The notes under the pieces were generated by a model. The model saw only the letters and a program-made list of their open reading frames with translations. It was not told where the DNA came from and made no database searches. From Trichodelitschia bisporula (lineage: Eukaryota): a stretch of 64,000 nt of DNA. The DNA is taken from assembly GCA_010356995.1 (NCBI GenBank), contig ML996690.1:1148217-1212216 (forward strand), read 5' to 3'. Each line of letters opens with the position of its first letter. The stretch's first letter is position 1. Shown in pieces: positions 61,986 through 64,000 of this stretch. A program made the position numbers and the translations under genes.

Positions 61986-63542
61986 ATGGCTGCAGCTATG
62001 CTACCCTCCTCCCCTCCTCCTGTGTCTCCTTCTCTAGCTGCGGCCCTAACACGCGAACTCCCCGCGGGCACACGCCTCCGCGCATATCACCTCTCGTCCC
62101 CACCGACGCGCTGCGATCCGCTGTTCTCCCCGCCACCGGGGCAGAGGGGCGAGAAAACATACCTCGAGTCGCATTTCCTCGGCGTCACGACCACTTCCTC
62201 CACCACCACCACCCCTCCCTCACCCACTTCCCCCCCAGCCACCTCCGAGACCTTCATCCTCGCCCTGGAAGTCCAAATCTACACCACCACCCACCTAACC
62301 ACAATCTTCATCTCCAAAGCCGACAGCACAGGCTACGCACCACCACACCCGCGCGGCGCGTCATCACCGCTGCGGGGCATAGCTCGCGCGTTCATCGCGC
62401 ATCTAGTCCGGCACAGGCGGCGGCCGCACGTACCCCTGGTCGTGAGCCTGTTCGCGCGGGCGAGTGAGCAGTACCTGTTTCCTGGGAGTGTACGCAATGC
62501 GGGGAAGCATGTTAGTGATGATCGGCAGTTGATACGGTGGTGGTGTCGGGTGCTTGACCCTTTGGTGGCTTCCCCCCCAACCACCACAACTCCCAACTTC
62601 GCGAACGGCAGCGCCTCCGCCGTGAATGGCTCTATCACCCCAGCAGTGACAGCCTACCTCCTAATCCCCGGCATCGACAGCATATCCCCGTTCCTCCCCC
62701 CCTCCAGCCGGGGCCGCTGGGTCGCCGGCCACCCCCTCCTCACCCTAAACGCCACACCCCCCGCCCCGCCCCGCTGCCTCATCCCGCACTTCCCCGACGA
62801 CCCCAAAGCGCGTTTTCTAGACGAGTTAGACGCGGAACTACGTGGCTCGGATAGGGGTGTAGGGGATAGCCCGAGTAAGAAGGGCAGTGGAGCGTGGAGG
62901 AGTGTGCGCTCCTTGGACCAGTTCTGGGATGCGATGGCGTGTCGGCAGGAGTGTGCTGCCGGGAGGGTGGTCGGGTTTTTGTGGGTTGTTTTTGGGGTTG
63001 AAGGGGAGGGGAGGGAGGGAATGTCTTCACCTGATGCTGCGGCTGCGCGCCGCGCGCCGCGCACGCCGAGGCGCGAGGTGAAAACGAAGAGGAAGAGGAA
63101 GGGTGTTTTGGCGGGCCCGATCACGCCGCGCACACCGCGGATTAAGATGAGTGATGAGGACGCGGTCGCGCGCCGGCCGGCGCGCTCGAAGTACTACTAC
63201 TGGCCTGAGACGGGACGGGGCGAGATTGTGCTTGTGGCGGAGAAGTATAGGAAGGCGACGGAACGGTTGCTCACTGGGGATTATGGGACGAGGGAGCAGG
63301 CGGTGATTGCGACGGGGCAGTGGGTGGGTGCGGTGGGGGGGTTGGTGAGGAGGGGGTGGGGGGTTGATGTCCTGGGGGCGGGGGAGGGGGTGAGAGAGGG
63401 GGGGGAGGGCGGGGAGATTGGTGGGGGGAAGGTGAATGTGCTGGGTGTGAGGAAGAGGGGGGGGACGATGGGCGAGGGGGAGCAGGGGGCGAGGGTTAAT
63501 GTGCTTGGGGCGGGGTTGGTTAGGAAGAAGGTTAAGACTTGA
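61986..63542 (+). CDS. RTT109: Histone H3K56 acetyltransferase Rtt109
   Basis: 'IFISKADSTGY', 'SLFARASEQYLFPGS', 'KHVSDDRQLIRWW', 'IPHFPDDPKARFL' and 'FWDAMACRQEC'. Confidence 0.93.
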   Translation: MAAAMLPSSPPPVSPSLAAALTRELPAGTRLRAYHLSSPPTRCDPLFSPPPGQRGEKTYLESHFLGVTTTSSTTTTPPSPTSPPATSETFILALEVQIYTTTHLTTIFISKADSTGYAPPHPRGASSPLRGIARAFIAHLVRHRRRPHVPLVVSLFARASEQYLFPGSVRNAGKHVSDDRQLIRWWCRVLDPLVASPPTTTTPNFANGSASAVNGSITPAVTAYLLIPGIDSISPFLPPSSRGRWVAGHPLLTLNATPPAPPRCLIPHFPDDPKARFLDELDAELRGSDRGVGDSPSKKGSGAWRSVRSLDQFWDAMACRQECAAGRVVGFLWVVFGVEGEGREGMSSPDAAAARRAPRTPRREVKTKRKRKGVLAGPITPRTPRIKMSDEDAVARRPARSKYYYWPETGRGEIVLVAEKYRKATERLLTGDYGTREQAVIATGQWVGAVGGLVRRGWGVDVLGAGEGVREGGEGGEIGGGKVNVLGVRKRGGTMGEGEQGARVNVLGAGLVRKKVKT

Positions 63543-64000
63543 TGGCGTACCGCTCAGAGTATGGGTTTGAGCTGTGGACTGGAAAAACGGTTCAGAGCGC
63601 ATGGATATATGGCTTGTAATGGAAACACGGCAATGGGGTTTTTCGAAATGGGATCTGTGAGCGTTTGTGGATTGATAGGGTGTTCGGCACGGCGTTGGTC
63701 TTGCAGTCGGGGGTTTCTCATCATCTGGCCTGGTGTTTGTATGCTTGCAAGGGCAATAATTGCAATGGCAATCGGCTCTTCAATCGGTGTCTGTGAGCGT
63801 TTGGTGTAGTTTGACTTAGCGTCCTGTTCGTCCTGGTGTTGGTGTTGGATTTCGGGGAGTTGCGCGCTGGGCCTAGGCTACAAAAGGGAGGTTACCTAAC
63901 CTACCATCGCCTTTGCGTTCGGGGATTACGAGAAGGTTTTGCGGCTCCTAGTCTTCGAGTCCTGAGGTGAGATGTGCGGAGTCGCCGGTACTGTACACTG

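Overview
Gene-dense, intron-containing DNA from a filamentous ascomycete (Pezizomycotina; inferred from GT..CTRAC..YAG introns of about 45-120 bp and from gene content). It holds about 24 recognisable protein genes: an HSPA12-like Hsp70, a small secreted Lys/Gly/Ala protein, YAR1, a PQ-loop transporter, URC4, SWA2/auxilin, a Zn2Cys6 factor, an S10 carboxypeptidase, an AAA ATPase, an acyl-CoA dehydrogenase, GTR1, a WW protein, an EthD protein, STE23/insulysin, GH114, NCS1 and APC permeases, an intradiol dioxygenase, GID7, a NAP-family chaperone, calcineurin A, Mmc1, mL57 and RTT109. There is also an intron-containing tRNA-Glu(CTC). The most notable item is missing from the ORF track: a 40-codon gene at 31458-31580 (+), preceded by a 5'UTR intron, that encodes MPGSTSSSIASVVKPKPIKTTCGEECDCCGMDESCWCVVM. 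This peptide has an a-factor-pheromone-like N-terminus and CAAX end around a metallothionein-like Cys cluster, and lies about 1.4 kb from STE23, whose yeast homolog processes a-factor. Also seen is a dispersed repeat of about 130-150 bp at four loci, one of which forms an imperfect palindrome of about 270 bp. All calls were made by eye and exon boundaries were placed manually; no searches were run.
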